Shown here in pieces: positions 49,101 through 58,476 of a stretch of DNA of 64,000 bases. Origin of the DNA: Candidatus Eiseniibacteriota bacterium. GTDB lineage: Bacteria > Eisenbacteria > RBG-16-71-46 > CAZAMP01. The stretch spans positions 1,696,001 to 1,760,000 of the forward strand of contig OZ245046.1 in NCBI GenBank assembly GCA_965224245.1. The letters are read 5' to 3'. Position numbers and translations under genes: made by a program. Each line of letters starts with the position of its first letter. Position 1 is the stretch's first letter. The notes below the pieces were generated by a model that worked only from the letters and a program-made list of their open reading frames with translations, was not told where the DNA came from and made no database searches.

Positions 49101-49775
49101 CACGGCCGCGCCGTAGTCCGTGCCGGCCACGGGACCCACGATCTGCGCGTCGGCCACGGTGTCGTAGCCGAGACCGCCACGGTACAGGTGGACGCGTCCC
49201 GTGCTCGCGTAGCCGGGCTCGGAGATGACGATGTCGTCGTACGCGTCCCCGTCGACGTCGCCGCCGCCGGCCAGCGCGTAGCCGAAGAGCCCGCCGGACA
49301 CGGGGCCGTCGAAGGACACGTCCGCGGTGCCGTCGAGGCCGGGACCGCCGAAGAAGATGTCGACGTGCCCGGAGCTCCCACCACTGGCCGCGTCATTGTA
49401 ATCACCGACCATGATGTCGTCGTACCCGTCGCCGTTGAAGTCGCCTGCGCTGGCGCAAGTGACCCCAAAGCTCTGGGCGCTGCCGCTGGCGGGATACAGC
49501 ACGATGCTGAAGCTCTGCGGCGCCCGGGGCCCACCGAGATAGACGAAGGCGAGGCCGGTCACCCCGTAGGAGGGGGTGCCGATGACGAGGTCACCGTAGC
49601 CGTCGCCGTCGAAGTCGCCGCCGGCGATGGACGTGCCGTTATAGCCGCCGGCCGGGTGCCCGACGGTTTCCAGATACGTGTGGCTCGAGATGGCGACGGC
49701 GTACTCGGCCAGGGCGCAGAGGGCGATGACCGCGATGACCAGGACGGCGACGCGGCGGGCGGTCTTGCACGGCAT
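46179..49775 (-). CDS. Secreted FG-GAP (integrin alpha) repeat protein with FlgD-Ig domain
   Basis: Numerous GDxNGDGYDD..VGAP repeats in two blocks; WDGRD..PGVYF C-terminus. Confidence 0.92.
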   Translation of the reverse strand: MPCKTARRVAVLVIAVIALCALAEYAVAISSHTYLETVGHPAGGYNGTSIAGGDFDGDGYGDLVIGTPSYGVTGLAFVYLGGPRAPQSFSIVLYPASGSAQSFGVTCASAGDFNGDGYDDIMVGDYNDAASGGSSGHVDIFFGGPGLDGTADVSFDGPVSGGLFGYALAGGGDVDGDAYDDIVISEPGYASTGRVHLYRGGLGYDTVADAQIVGPVAGTDYGAAVAIIGDYNDDGLDDFAVGAPTGSFIAGYFGSRHLDVTADLSIFGDTDDDFGAAIAGVGDVDADGFDDFAVGGPNAELGYGLVYVKYGAPDGFSLRGVTLPGQIPNHGMGTSVAAAGDVDHDGYDDILVGSYAFPVGSIGNAGRADLFLGGSALSTTPTLSWFGTGADRLGTAVTGVGDMDGDGYPDVAFSAPYDDEGGTARGRIWVEEVFPYQILAPSPGTRLVAGKEAVVRWRGHDRADVSTSVDGHTWIEVAHGVGGDDENTLTIPMPDVVTDAASIRITYTGRAAGPGTSRTVGPLRLVRAVAPPAIAQREAVSLSGTSGSSRFGESLVNAGDLNADGHDDFAVGAPQDDVVGSNAGAAFVFFGGPALDDVPDVVIGGPSSNDLFGTSVGAADVDADGHPDLLVGATEAAGGGSVFVYLGGPSFDGVADATFDGGIGVQRFGSHVGSAGDFNGDGFEDVAISESYDGSTYIYYGGPAFDTGYDADRNVENGVAAGDVDGDGYDDVVGRLDGNDDVYLWLGGASGSGSGAIRIDQPWPGDSFASAVSAGWDVNGDGRPDFVVGAPTDDRVGDDAGRAYVYLGAFDVSDVPALVIEGATGDETGAAVVLHPDLNGDGYADVVVGSPGSDAAGVDAGRIDVYFGGPRLDAIADVTMYGTPGDRLGERVAAGGDHVDDGFADLLTARPSQGSGIARLLDLNRYHLTAPTGGETWNVGAPVEVRWDGAQPADLELSLDGGSTYRSLVAGVGGAGANRVTVRVPHLPTRFAEVRVVPSDSAVSGEATTGASFTIDAAIALTRFAIDSRERETVISWATEPGPDAGVRYDVETRRGGAPWRTEIADATEGTLVLDGAWGSELRLTARNGLGEAVVLHEGTVRAPSALSVGPSPWRAGPLRIGFIASGFAGTDEHVTIAAYDVGGRRVATLGDGVYPVGAHTITWDGRDAHHRTVMPGVYFIRLTAPGRVRDTRVLRLP

Positions 49776-49901
49776 GGGTCGACTCCGGACCGAGGGTCGG
49801 TGCGGTCACGGTCGGTCGCGACCGCTGTCGACAGGAGAACACCGGCACCCGCAGGAACCGCACGCGTCCGACCGGGGGGCCGCCCGGTTGCCAGGACCCG
49901 T

Positions 49902-52550
49902 CTACGGCTCGAGCCCGGCACTCCAGTTCAGGACGACGGTGAAGGGCGTCGGGTCGGTGTCCACGACGTCCCGGATGAAGAGGAAGCGCTGGCCGTCGGG
50001 CGAGGGCACGTACTCTCTCGTGCCCGCGCGTGACCAGGTGAGTGCGAAGAGCTCCTCGGGGGTCCCGATCACGAGGCCGTCACCGGCACTCACGGAGACG
50101 GACATCAGACGGCGGTCGTCGGAGATGTAGAAGATCTCGTTTCCGTCCGCGCGCCACGCCAGCTGCTCGCCTCCGTCGGTGGAGACCTGCCACTTGCTCT
50201 CGCCGCCGGGAAAGGAGCGGACGTAGATCTCCGGACGGCCGGACTCGTCGGACACGTGGGCGATCCAGCGATCGTCGGGAGAGAGACGCGCCCCGTACTC
50301 GTCGAACGGGGTCGCGACGAGCGGAACCGGGGCGCCGCCGTCGGCGAGGTCGAGCCGCATGACGTCCCAGCGGTTGTCACCCCTGAGGGTCGACAGCACG
50401 AGGGTCTTGCCATCACGCGTGATGGTGTCGGCGTTCACCAGGGCGTCGAAGTGCGCCACCGGCTCCGCGTCACCGACTCCACTCGCGGCCCGACGTCGGA
50501 GCTCCCACCCTCCGGTCTCGTCCTGCGCCGCGTAGAGGATGTGCCGCCCGTCGGGCGTCCACATCGGATTGAGGTCGACCTGCGGATCGAAGGTGAGCCG
50601 GCTCGTCGTTCCGCGCTCGGGGTCCATCACCCAGACGTCGACGTTGTTCGCCTCGGCCATTCTCCGCTCCACCGTGATCCGGCCGTCCGGGGCGAGGTCG
50701 ACGAAGTCATAGCTCGCATGGTCTCCGAGCTCCTCCAGCACCCTGGCGTCACGATCGATCCACGTGAGGTGCTCGTCGTCCTGACCCAGCCTCCGGTACG
50801 CGAGGACGCCGTTTCGCGAGGCGGCGAACGTCGCGTCGCCCCAGTTGTTCACGCGGATCTCGTCCGCCAGCGGGATCGGCTCGCCGGTGAAGGCGCGCCG
50901 CTTCGCGTCGAACGGCTGGGCGACGAGCGTCTCCTCGGTGACGTGGAGGAGATAGCCGGGCTCGACGTACCTTACGCGGGACCCGATCGGTCCGATGGGC
51001 GCCTTCTCGCCCGTCTCGAGATCCGCCCAGTAGAGCTCGTAGCCCGCCGACTGGATCGCGATGAAGAGAAAGTGCCGTTCGTCCGGCAGAAAGGCGGGCC
51101 ATCCGTAGGTCGCGCCGACCTCCGACGAGTCGCGCCGGAACGCGGCCGCCGGCGTCCCACCGGCGGCGCTCACCCGGGCGATCGCATCGGTGAAGCTCCC
51201 GTCGAAGAGGATCACACCGTCCGAGCTCCACGCGCCGGCATCGCCGCTCGGCGCATCGCAGACGGTCTGGGGCGGGCCGCCCGCAACCGACACCTTCCGG
51301 AGCTTGCCGCCCGAGAAGAAGCCCAGGTGGCGGCTGTCGGGCGACCAGAACGCGAGATCGCCGCCCTCGGCCCCCGGGACCGGACGCGTGGTCAGGTCGT
51401 CGAGCGACCGCAGCCAGATCTGGTCCCCCGCGGAGCCGCGCGTTCCGATGGCCAGGTGGCGCCCGTCCGGGGAGACGGAGACCGAGCGAACGAAGTCGAC
51501 CTCCTCCGGCACCGCAATCTCGAAGCGCATCACCTCCGGCGGTGAAGGCTGAGTCCTCCACCACAGGAACGCCACCGCGACGAGGCCCAGCGTCGCCACC
51601 GCGGCGACGCTCCACCCGAGGCGGCTCTGCGCCCGGCGGCGCGTCGACACGACGGCCGGGACACCGGCCGCGGAGCTCGACTCCGCGACCCACCGGAGCT
51701 GCCCCGCGACGTCGGAGGCGCTCTGCCAGCGGTCCTCCGGGTCCTTCTCCAGGCACTTGTGCACGATGTGGTCGAGCGCGGGCGGCGCCAGGGGCACGAT
51801 GGACGAGAGCGGCGCCGGCTCGCGCTCGAGAATCGCGGCGATGAGCGACGCCTGACTCTTGCCCTCGAACGCCCGGCGCCCCGTCGTCATCTCGTAGAGG
51901 ACCGAGCCCAGCGCGAAGATGTCGCTGCGGGCGTCGGCCTCGCCGCCCTCGAGCTGCTCGGGCGCCATGTACTGGAACGTGCCGAGGATCGTGCCCTCGA
52001 CGGTGAGCGGGCCGCCGGGCGATCCGATCGGAGTCGTCGCGGTGACGGCCTGCGTGACCGCGGCGCCCGCCCCACCGGCCCCCTCTCCGAACTTCGCGAG
52101 GCCGAAGTCGAGGAGCTTCACACCCGTCTTCGTGAGCATGACGTTCCCGGGCTTGAGATCGCGGTGAACGATCCCGGCCTTGTGGGCCCGGTCGAGCGCC
52201 TGCGCGATCTCCGCGCCGTGGCGGAGGGTGTCCGCCGGCGAGAGCGGACCCGCCGTCAGGCGATCGGCGAGCGTCTCCCCCTCCAGGAACTCCATGACGA
52301 GGTAGTCGACGTCGTCCTCGCGACCCAGGTCGTACAGGGTGCAGATGTTCGGATGCTGCAGGCTGGAGATCGTCTTCGCCTCGCGCTCGAAGCGCTGGCG
52401 GCGCTCGGCGTCCTGCGAGAACTGCGCGGGGAGGATCTTGACCGCGACCGTGCGATCGAGCCGGACGTCGCGGGCGCGGTAGACCTCGCCCATGCCGCCG
52501 ACACCGACCTTCTCCTGGATCTCGTAGTGGCCGAGGGTCTTTCCGATCAC
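49902..52550 (-). CDS. Ser/Thr protein kinase with TM and PD40/TolB-like beta-propeller
   Basis: HRDLKPGN, DFG, GTFQYMAPE; SPDG repeats; VVLNW end. Confidence 0.94.
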   Translation of the reverse strand: MIGKTLGHYEIQEKVGVGGMGEVYRARDVRLDRTVAVKILPAQFSQDAERRQRFEREAKTISSLQHPNICTLYDLGREDDVDYLVMEFLEGETLADRLTAGPLSPADTLRHGAEIAQALDRAHKAGIVHRDLKPGNVMLTKTGVKLLDFGLAKFGEGAGGAGAAVTQAVTATTPIGSPGGPLTVEGTILGTFQYMAPEQLEGGEADARSDIFALGSVLYEMTTGRRAFEGKSQASLIAAILEREPAPLSSIVPLAPPALDHIVHKCLEKDPEDRWQSASDVAGQLRWVAESSSAAGVPAVVSTRRRAQSRLGWSVAAVATLGLVAVAFLWWRTQPSPPEVMRFEIAVPEEVDFVRSVSVSPDGRHLAIGTRGSAGDQIWLRSLDDLTTRPVPGAEGGDLAFWSPDSRHLGFFSGGKLRKVSVAGGPPQTVCDAPSGDAGAWSSDGVILFDGSFTDAIARVSAAGGTPAAAFRRDSSEVGATYGWPAFLPDERHFLFIAIQSAGYELYWADLETGEKAPIGPIGSRVRYVEPGYLLHVTEETLVAQPFDAKRRAFTGEPIPLADEIRVNNWGDATFAASRNGVLAYRRLGQDDEHLTWIDRDARVLEELGDHASYDFVDLAPDGRITVERRMAEANNVDVWVMDPERGTTSRLTFDPQVDLNPMWTPDGRHILYAAQDETGGWELRRRAASGVGDAEPVAHFDALVNADTITRDGKTLVLSTLRGDNRWDVMRLDLADGGAPVPLVATPFDEYGARLSPDDRWIAHVSDESGRPEIYVRSFPGGESKWQVSTDGGEQLAWRADGNEIFYISDDRRLMSVSVSAGDGLVIGTPEELFALTWSRAGTREYVPSPDGQRFLFIRDVVDTDPTPFTVVLNWSAGLEP

Positions 52551-52740
52551 GATCCGGGCGTCCTTTGCTGGTGGGCGAGCAGTGAGGGACGCGATAATCT
52601 AGCACCATGCAACGGCTTCCGCCAACGTGAGATCGGCTCCGACCGCTGCGGGCGTCGGTGCTGGTGCTCGCCGGTCCACAGCCGCTACAGTCCCCACCTG
52701 GCTCCGGGCACCTCTCCGAACCCAGCAAGGACATCCGACC

Positions 52741-55620
52741 GTGATCGGCAACACACTCGGCCACTACCAGATCGTCGACCGGATCGGCGCCGGCGGCATG
52801 GGCGAGGTCTACCGCGCCCGCGACTCCCGCCTCGGCCGCGAGGTCGCGGTCAAGGTGCTCCGCGCGAGCATCTCCCTCGCCCCCGGCGCCCGCGAGCGCT
52901 TCGAGCGCGAGGCCCAGGTGATCGCGCGGCTGAACCATCCCGGCATCTGCACGCTCCACGACATCGGGCGCGAGGGCGACGTGGACTTCCTGGTCATGGA
53001 GTTCCTCGACGGCGAGACGCTGGCCGAGCGCCTCGCCCGGGGTCCGCTTCCGGTGCGCGAGCTCCTCGACGTGGCGGAGCGGATCTCCGACGCGCTGGGT
53101 CGCGCGCACGCCGCCGGGGTCGTTCATCGCGACCTGAAGCCCGGCAACGTGATGCTCACCAGCGCCGGGGTGAAGCTCCTCGACTTCGGTCTGGCTCACG
53201 CGCAGGAGAGCCGGCCAGCCGCGTCGGGTGGGAGTGACTCACCGACGGGCGTCGCACCGTCGCCGGTGGACGCGCCCTCGACGGTCGATGCGCCGTCGAC
53301 CGTCGACGCACCCTTGACCACCGCGGGCGCCATCCTCGGCACGCCCCAGTACATGGCGCCCGAGCAGCTGGAGGGCGGCGAGGTGGATGCCCGCACCGAC
53401 GTCTTCGCGCTCGGCTGCGTGCTCTACGAGATGGCGACGGCCGCGCGTCCATTCCCCGGGGACAGCACCACGTCGATCCTCGGGGCGATCCTTCGTGCAG
53501 GACCCGAGACGTTTGCGCCGCTCGAAGCGGCGGTGCCGGGACGGGTGGAGACGATCATCCGCCGCTGCCTGCGTCACGACCCCGCCGAGCGCTTCCCGAA
53601 CGCGGCCGAGGTCGGCGATGCGATCACCACGCTCCGCGAGTGGGTTCGCACGGAGGCGCTTCCGGAGCTCACCCGCATCGTGGAGCGCACGAACCCCATC
53701 GAGGAGGGGCCGGACTGCTGGGCCGCGTTCATGCTCGCCCGGGAGATCGAGGCGCTCGCCGGCGACGAGCCGCTGCTCGAGCGGCTCTGGCCGGAGTTCA
53801 CGAGCGAGCTCTCCATCACCACCGATCCCCCCGGCGCGTCGCTCCACGCGAGGTACTACGGTGACGCGGACGCCGAGTGGATCGACGTCGGCACCACCCC
53901 GATCGAGGGCGTTCGCTTTCCCCTCGGGATCGCCCGGCTGAAGCTGGAGCGGCCAGGGCACCGGGTGACCCGCGACGTGGTCTGGCACCTGCCCGCGCGC
54001 TTCTCGGGCGCGGTGCTCGGGGGCGTCACGCAGCACTACCGGCTCCTCGAGCCCGGCGCGATCCCCGACGACATGGAGGCGGTGCCGGCCGGTGTCGCGC
54101 CGGTCTTCATGCCCGGGCTCGATCATCTGGAGCCCGAGCCGACAGCGGCCTTCCTCATCGATCGGGATCCGGTCACGAACCGGGCGTTCAAGGCGTTCGT
54201 GGACGCCGGGGGCTACGACGATCCGTCGCTCTGGCGGCATCCCTTCCGCACCGCCGAGGGCGAGCTCTCGCGCGAGGAGGCCATGGCCCGGTTCACCGAT
54301 GCGGTGGGCCGTCCGGGCCCGGCCTCCTGGGAGCTCGGCGAGTACCCGCCGGGTGAGGACGACATGCCCGTGACCGGCGTCAGCTGGTTCGAGGCCGCCG
54401 CGTACGCCGCCTGGTGCGAGAAGGAGCTGCCGACCCTCTTCCACTGGAGCCGCGTCGCCGGCACCGCGATGAGCAGCCAGATCGTCCCCCACGCCAACCT
54501 CGACGGGCGTGCGCTCCTGCCGGTGGGATCCACCCTCGCCGAGCACCGGCACGGCGTGCGCGACCTCGCCGGGAACGTCCGCGAGTGGGTGTGGAACGAG
54601 TGCAATCGTCCCGGCGAGCGGTTCATCCTCGGCGGCGGCTGGAACGATCCCGGCTACGCGTTCATGGACGCCTACGCGCAGTCGGCGTTCGATCGGTCGC
54701 CCACGAACGGGTTCCGCTGCATCCGCCGGACCGAGCCCGAGCCCAACGCCGACCATCTGTCGCGCCGGATCGAGCTTCCATTCCGGGACTTCCTCGCCGA
54801 GGAGCCGGTCTCGGACGAGATGTTCGCGTTCTTCCTTCGCCAGTTCCAGTACGACGAGGCGCCGCTGGAGGCGCGCGTCGAGGAGGAGCAGCGCGACGAG
54901 ACCGCGCACCGGATACTGGTCTCGTTCGACGCCGCCTACGGCGGCGAGCGCATGCTTGCGTACCTGTTCCTGCCCACCGTGGGGACGCCGCCCTACCAGA
55001 CGGTCCTGATCTTCCCGGGATCGCTCGCCCTGCATCAGCGCACGGTGGGCTTCGAGGACTTCCGCCGCACCGACTTCGTGGTCAAGAGCGGCCGCGCGCT
55101 GATCCTCCCGATCTACAAGGGGACGTATCAGCGCGGCGGAAGTCTCACGTCGGACTACGCCAGGGAGACGAACGCGTACAAGGACCACGTGGTGGCGTGG
55201 GCGAAGGACCTCGCGCGGTCGATCGACTACCTCGAGAGCCGGAACGACATCGACGCGGATCGGATCGCCTACCTGGGGCTGAGCTGGGGCGGGGCGATGG
55301 GATCGATCATGCCCGCGGTGGAGACTCGGATCCGGGCGAACGTGCTGTACGTCGCGGGGCTCAACTTTCAGCGGGCGCTGCCGGAGGCGGATCAGATCAA
55401 CTACGTGACGCGGGTCAAGCAGCCGACGCTGATGCTGAACGGGGAGCTGGACTTCTACTTCCCGGAGCTGACGTCGCAGCGTCCGATGTTCGAGCTCCTG
55501 GGGACGCCGCCCGAGCACAAGAAGCGGGTGACGTACCCGCGGGGGCATTCGGTGCCGAGGGCTGAGTTCGTCAAGGAGACGCTGGCGTGGCTGGATCGGT
55601 ATCTGGGCGTGGTGGGCTAG
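52741..55620 (+). CDS. Ser/Thr kinase + PEGA-like + FGE-sulfatase + alpha/beta hydrolase
   Basis: Kinase motifs; ITTDPPGA; PVTGVSWFEAAAY, DLAGNVREW, GFRC; GLSWG nucleophile, GELD, GHS. Confidence 0.9.
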   Translation: MIGNTLGHYQIVDRIGAGGMGEVYRARDSRLGREVAVKVLRASISLAPGARERFEREAQVIARLNHPGICTLHDIGREGDVDFLVMEFLDGETLAERLARGPLPVRELLDVAERISDALGRAHAAGVVHRDLKPGNVMLTSAGVKLLDFGLAHAQESRPAASGGSDSPTGVAPSPVDAPSTVDAPSTVDAPLTTAGAILGTPQYMAPEQLEGGEVDARTDVFALGCVLYEMATAARPFPGDSTTSILGAILRAGPETFAPLEAAVPGRVETIIRRCLRHDPAERFPNAAEVGDAITTLREWVRTEALPELTRIVERTNPIEEGPDCWAAFMLAREIEALAGDEPLLERLWPEFTSELSITTDPPGASLHARYYGDADAEWIDVGTTPIEGVRFPLGIARLKLERPGHRVTRDVVWHLPARFSGAVLGGVTQHYRLLEPGAIPDDMEAVPAGVAPVFMPGLDHLEPEPTAAFLIDRDPVTNRAFKAFVDAGGYDDPSLWRHPFRTAEGELSREEAMARFTDAVGRPGPASWELGEYPPGEDDMPVTGVSWFEAAAYAAWCEKELPTLFHWSRVAGTAMSSQIVPHANLDGRALLPVGSTLAEHRHGVRDLAGNVREWVWNECNRPGERFILGGGWNDPGYAFMDAYAQSAFDRSPTNGFRCIRRTEPEPNADHLSRRIELPFRDFLAEEPVSDEMFAFFLRQFQYDEAPLEARVEEEQRDETAHRILVSFDAAYGGERMLAYLFLPTVGTPPYQTVLIFPGSLALHQRTVGFEDFRRTDFVVKSGRALILPIYKGTYQRGGSLTSDYARETNAYKDHVVAWAKDLARSIDYLESRNDIDADRIAYLGLSWGGAMGSIMPAVETRIRANVLYVAGLNFQRALPEADQINYVTRVKQPTLMLNGELDFYFPELTSQRPMFELLGTPPEHKKRVTYPRGHSVPRAEFVKETLAWLDRYLGVVG
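53266..53319 (+). repeat. In-frame 18-bp tandem repeat (VDAPST x3) in kinase activation segment
   Basis: VDAPST-VDAPST-VDAPLT between DFG and GTPQY. Confidence 0.8.
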
Positions 55621-55752
55621 CGGGTGCCCGAGCCGGGTCGGGGTTCGTCGATCCGCCGAGTGAAACCGGACGAGGCCGAGCCGGCGTGCGCGTCGGCCCC
55701 GCGTGTTCCCTGCATTGAGGAACGGAACGTCGTCGATGCCGTCGATCCGGCG

Positions 55753-56640
55753 CTAGAGATCGGGGAAGCTCGTGGCGTTCGCGAACGCACGGTAGACATC
55801 CTGTATGTCGGACGTCTCCGTCACCAGCCCCGGGCTCATCCCCGTGCCCGCCTCGCCGAACTTCATCTTGTGCCAGGCTTCGTTGGGCTTCTCCCTGACG
55901 AACTGTCCCAGGCTACGTCCTTCGAGATCCAGCGACGTTCCATCGGCGCCGTGGCAGGACGAGTTCGTGCAGCCCGCGGCAGCGATGACCGTGAGTCCAT
56001 TCGCCTCGTCGCCCATCGCACCGACGTTGGAGTAGGTCAACGTCGGCGCCTGGACCACGGGCGGGTCGACCGTGTAGTCGACGTACATGGCCGGTCCAGA
56101 CACCTCCAGATCGTAGAGCACGTTCGGTGCGACCCACTCTTCTTTCATGAACTTGACCAGGTTCCACACCTGATCGTCCGTCAGCATGGAGAAATCCGGA
56201 TGGGTATTGTCCCGAGCATCAATGGTCCGAGCTCCGAGATGACGAATCAGATCGAACAGCTCGCGATGGCTCTCGGAGGCGGCAGTGCTGCGGAGATTGA
56301 TCGATGAGACGTCGGGGCGGTTCGGGTTCAGCGTGCTCTGCCCGGTACGACTCGCGTACGAGGCCGCGTTCCCCAGACCATCCCAGGCGTGACAGGCCTT
56401 GCAGCGGTAGAAGTCGGCGGGGGCACTGGTACTCGGCTGGCTCCCGCTTCCGGCAGCGTCGGTCGTCCACCACTTCGAGTAGGCGGCACCGCCGGCGATC
56501 GCATCCGCGTCCAGAAACTCCTGAGGTGGCGGCCCCGGCCAGTCGGCTCCGTCCGTCCCCGCCACGCCCTGTGGCCCCTCGTCGCCCTCACACGCGGCGA
56601 AGATGAGCAAGAGAGTGCACGCGAGAAATGATCTTCTCAT
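55753..56640 (-). CDS. Cytochrome c lipoprotein with short collagen-like linker
   Basis: Lipobox FAAC, GDEGPQGVAGTDG, CKACH and CTNSSCH. Confidence 0.8.
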   Translation of the reverse strand: MRRSFLACTLLLIFAACEGDEGPQGVAGTDGADWPGPPPQEFLDADAIAGGAAYSKWWTTDAAGSGSQPSTSAPADFYRCKACHAWDGLGNAASYASRTGQSTLNPNRPDVSSINLRSTAASESHRELFDLIRHLGARTIDARDNTHPDFSMLTDDQVWNLVKFMKEEWVAPNVLYDLEVSGPAMYVDYTVDPPVVQAPTLTYSNVGAMGDEANGLTVIAAAGCTNSSCHGADGTSLDLEGRSLGQFVREKPNEAWHKMKFGEAGTGMSPGLVTETSDIQDVYRAFANATSFPDL

Positions 56641-57052
56641 GGCTGGGCTCCTTGGGCTTTTCACCCGGCGGAGTCAGAGAAGTGGAACCTCGTGTAGCGG
56701 TGCCTTCCCGTGTCCGCCGAGAAGTTGGAGGCGGGTGCGGTCATGTGGAGGTAGGACTGGGTGAGATGCACCCGTACGGGAGGGATGCTTAGATCCGGCG
56801 ACGTTCATCGCCAATAAGGGGTTTCCGAATCCGATTGATCGTGTCGTGGCTTCGGCATCGGGCTCGCGACTGCGGGCGCGATGGCCGAAGACCATGTGTC
56901 ATACCCGGGCAACATGGACAGTCGAGTTGTCCCTTTTTCCTGCGGAGTCCACCGCTCGGTCCTCTTTCTCATCCTGGGGTGTGGACGCGTTCGATGTGGT
57001 CGAACCCGTCGGCCGTCGGGATCCGTGCCGTCATGGTCGACGGGCGGAAAGC

Positions 57053-57129
57053 TGGCACCCCCGGCCCGACTCGAACGGGCGACACGCGGTTTAGGAAACC
57101 GCTGCTCTATCCACCTGAGCTACGGGGGC
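57053..57129 (-). tRNA. tRNA-Arg (CCT)
   Basis: GCCCCCGTAGCTCAGGTGGATAGAGCAGCGGTTTCCTAAACCGCGTGTCGCCCGTTCGAGTCGGGCCGGGGGTGCCA; cloverleaf, 77 nt, CCA encoded. Confidence 0.97.
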
Positions 57130-57524
57130 AACTCGTTGAGTAGAAGCAGGATACAGGCAAGACGAGCACCAGCCAACCTCGAAAGCACGCGGTCTGGAAC
57201 ACCGCATGCTCCTCGGAAGGCATGGCTACAACTCGTTCGATGGCGACGGATACTATCATGAGGACGAGCGACCGGCGTCTTCCGAGAGTGAGACAGACGG
57301 TAGCTGCGGCGATAGCCATCTGGCATCTCGAGGACGAGCCGCACGCTCGAAGGCACCCGTGTCGTGATGCTGAACCGCAACCCGGAGACGTCGACCGCCG
57401 CCATCGGACGGCTGACGAGGCAGTTCGCGGCCGACGCCGACGTGTCCTTCAGCAGAACGGACCTCGCGATCCTGGCTTCCAAGCTGGTCGCTGTAGTGCG
57501 ACCACGATTGCACGCAGAAGCCAG

Positions 57525-57956
57525 CTATTCGTGCACTCTCGCCGCCAGCGAGGCCAGCGCCTCCGCGTACTCCTGCCATCCTACCTGGTGATCGTGTACC
57601 TGGTTCGCCGGCAGCCCGCTGTGCGTGAGCACGAGATGGGTCCCGTTGCCGGATGGAGTCAACGCGATGCGGACCGCCGTGGATCCGACCGGCATCTCGG
57701 CCTTGCTGCTTCCCTCGCTCACGCCCCACGTGAACGCGATGAGATCGTGCGGGTCGAACTCGGTGACCTCTCCCTCGACGACCTCGCTGCAGCCGTTGAA
57801 GGCGATGCGCATCTTGCCACCGAGAGACGCGTCGAAGTCGACCGACGCTTCGAGCCACTTCGCGAGCAGCTCGCCGCGGGTCACGCACCGGAAGACCGTC
57901 GCCTGACTCGCGTCGATCGTGATCTCGACCTTCACCGTCTGCTCCGTCGCCCTCAT
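57525..57956 (-). CDS. SRPBCC/AHSA1 domain protein
   Basis: EITIDAS..VF, LAKW, FTWG, LVLTHSG..HQVGW. Confidence 0.9.
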   Translation of the reverse strand: MRATEQTVKVEITIDASQATVFRCVTRGELLAKWLEASVDFDASLGGKMRIAFNGCSEVVEGEVTEFDPHDLIAFTWGVSEGSSKAEMPVGSTAVRIALTPSGNGTHLVLTHSGLPANQVHDHQVGWQEYAEALASLAARVHE

Positions 57957-58261
57957 CGTCGTTCCTCCTGTTCAGCAACCATCTTGAGTCGTTCGAGTCG
58001 CTCGTTCCACATCGTTTCCAGCGCCAGCGCCACGGGGCCGAGCGCCTCGGGCTGCGCACGATAGAACCGCTGACGTCCCGCGCGCCGGACCGTGACCAGG
58101 CCCGCGTCCGCGAGCTTCTTCAGGTGCTGGGAGACCGCCCCGAACGTGATCGTGAACGCCTGCGCGATCTCGCCCGCGGACCGTTCCTCGGTCCAGCACA
58201 TCCGGAGGATCTCCTGGCGTCGCGGTAGCGCGACGATCTGAAGGGCGCTGGTCGTTTCCAT
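57953..58261 (-). CDS. ArsR/SmtB family regulator
   Basis: RRQEIL..SAGEIA..AVSQHLKKLADAGLV. Confidence 0.93.
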   Translation of the reverse strand: METTSALQIVALPRRQEILRMCWTEERSAGEIAQAFTITFGAVSQHLKKLADAGLVTVRRAGRQRFYRAQPEALGPVALALETMWNERLERLKMVAEQEERR

Positions 58262-58266
58262 GGCAT

Positions 58267-58288
58267 TATTTTAGCTGATACTAAAATA
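58267..58288. promoter_or_regulatory. ArsR operator (perfect 8-6-8 inverted repeat)
   Basis: TATTTTAG-CTGATA-CTAAAATA directly upstream of the arsR start, overlapping a TATATT -10-like box. Confidence 0.75.
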
Positions 58289-58476
58289 TAATCAACCCCT
58301 TTTTCCCGCGTGCGGCCGGCGAACTCGACCGCCCCGTGCCGGAGCGGCGACTTCCAGTGAGGGATCTGAGCGAAGGGGCTACAGGTTCGAAAGCGGCGGC
58401 GGAGACACCTCGTGGTCCCGGCATCGAGCGGCTGAACTCTCGGGGCCCGGCGTTTCCTACGCGCTCGTGGGGGCTC

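Noticed and set aside
57130-57520. Possible integrase remnant beside the tRNA
   Set aside because: No tyrosine- or serine-recombinase motifs recognised.
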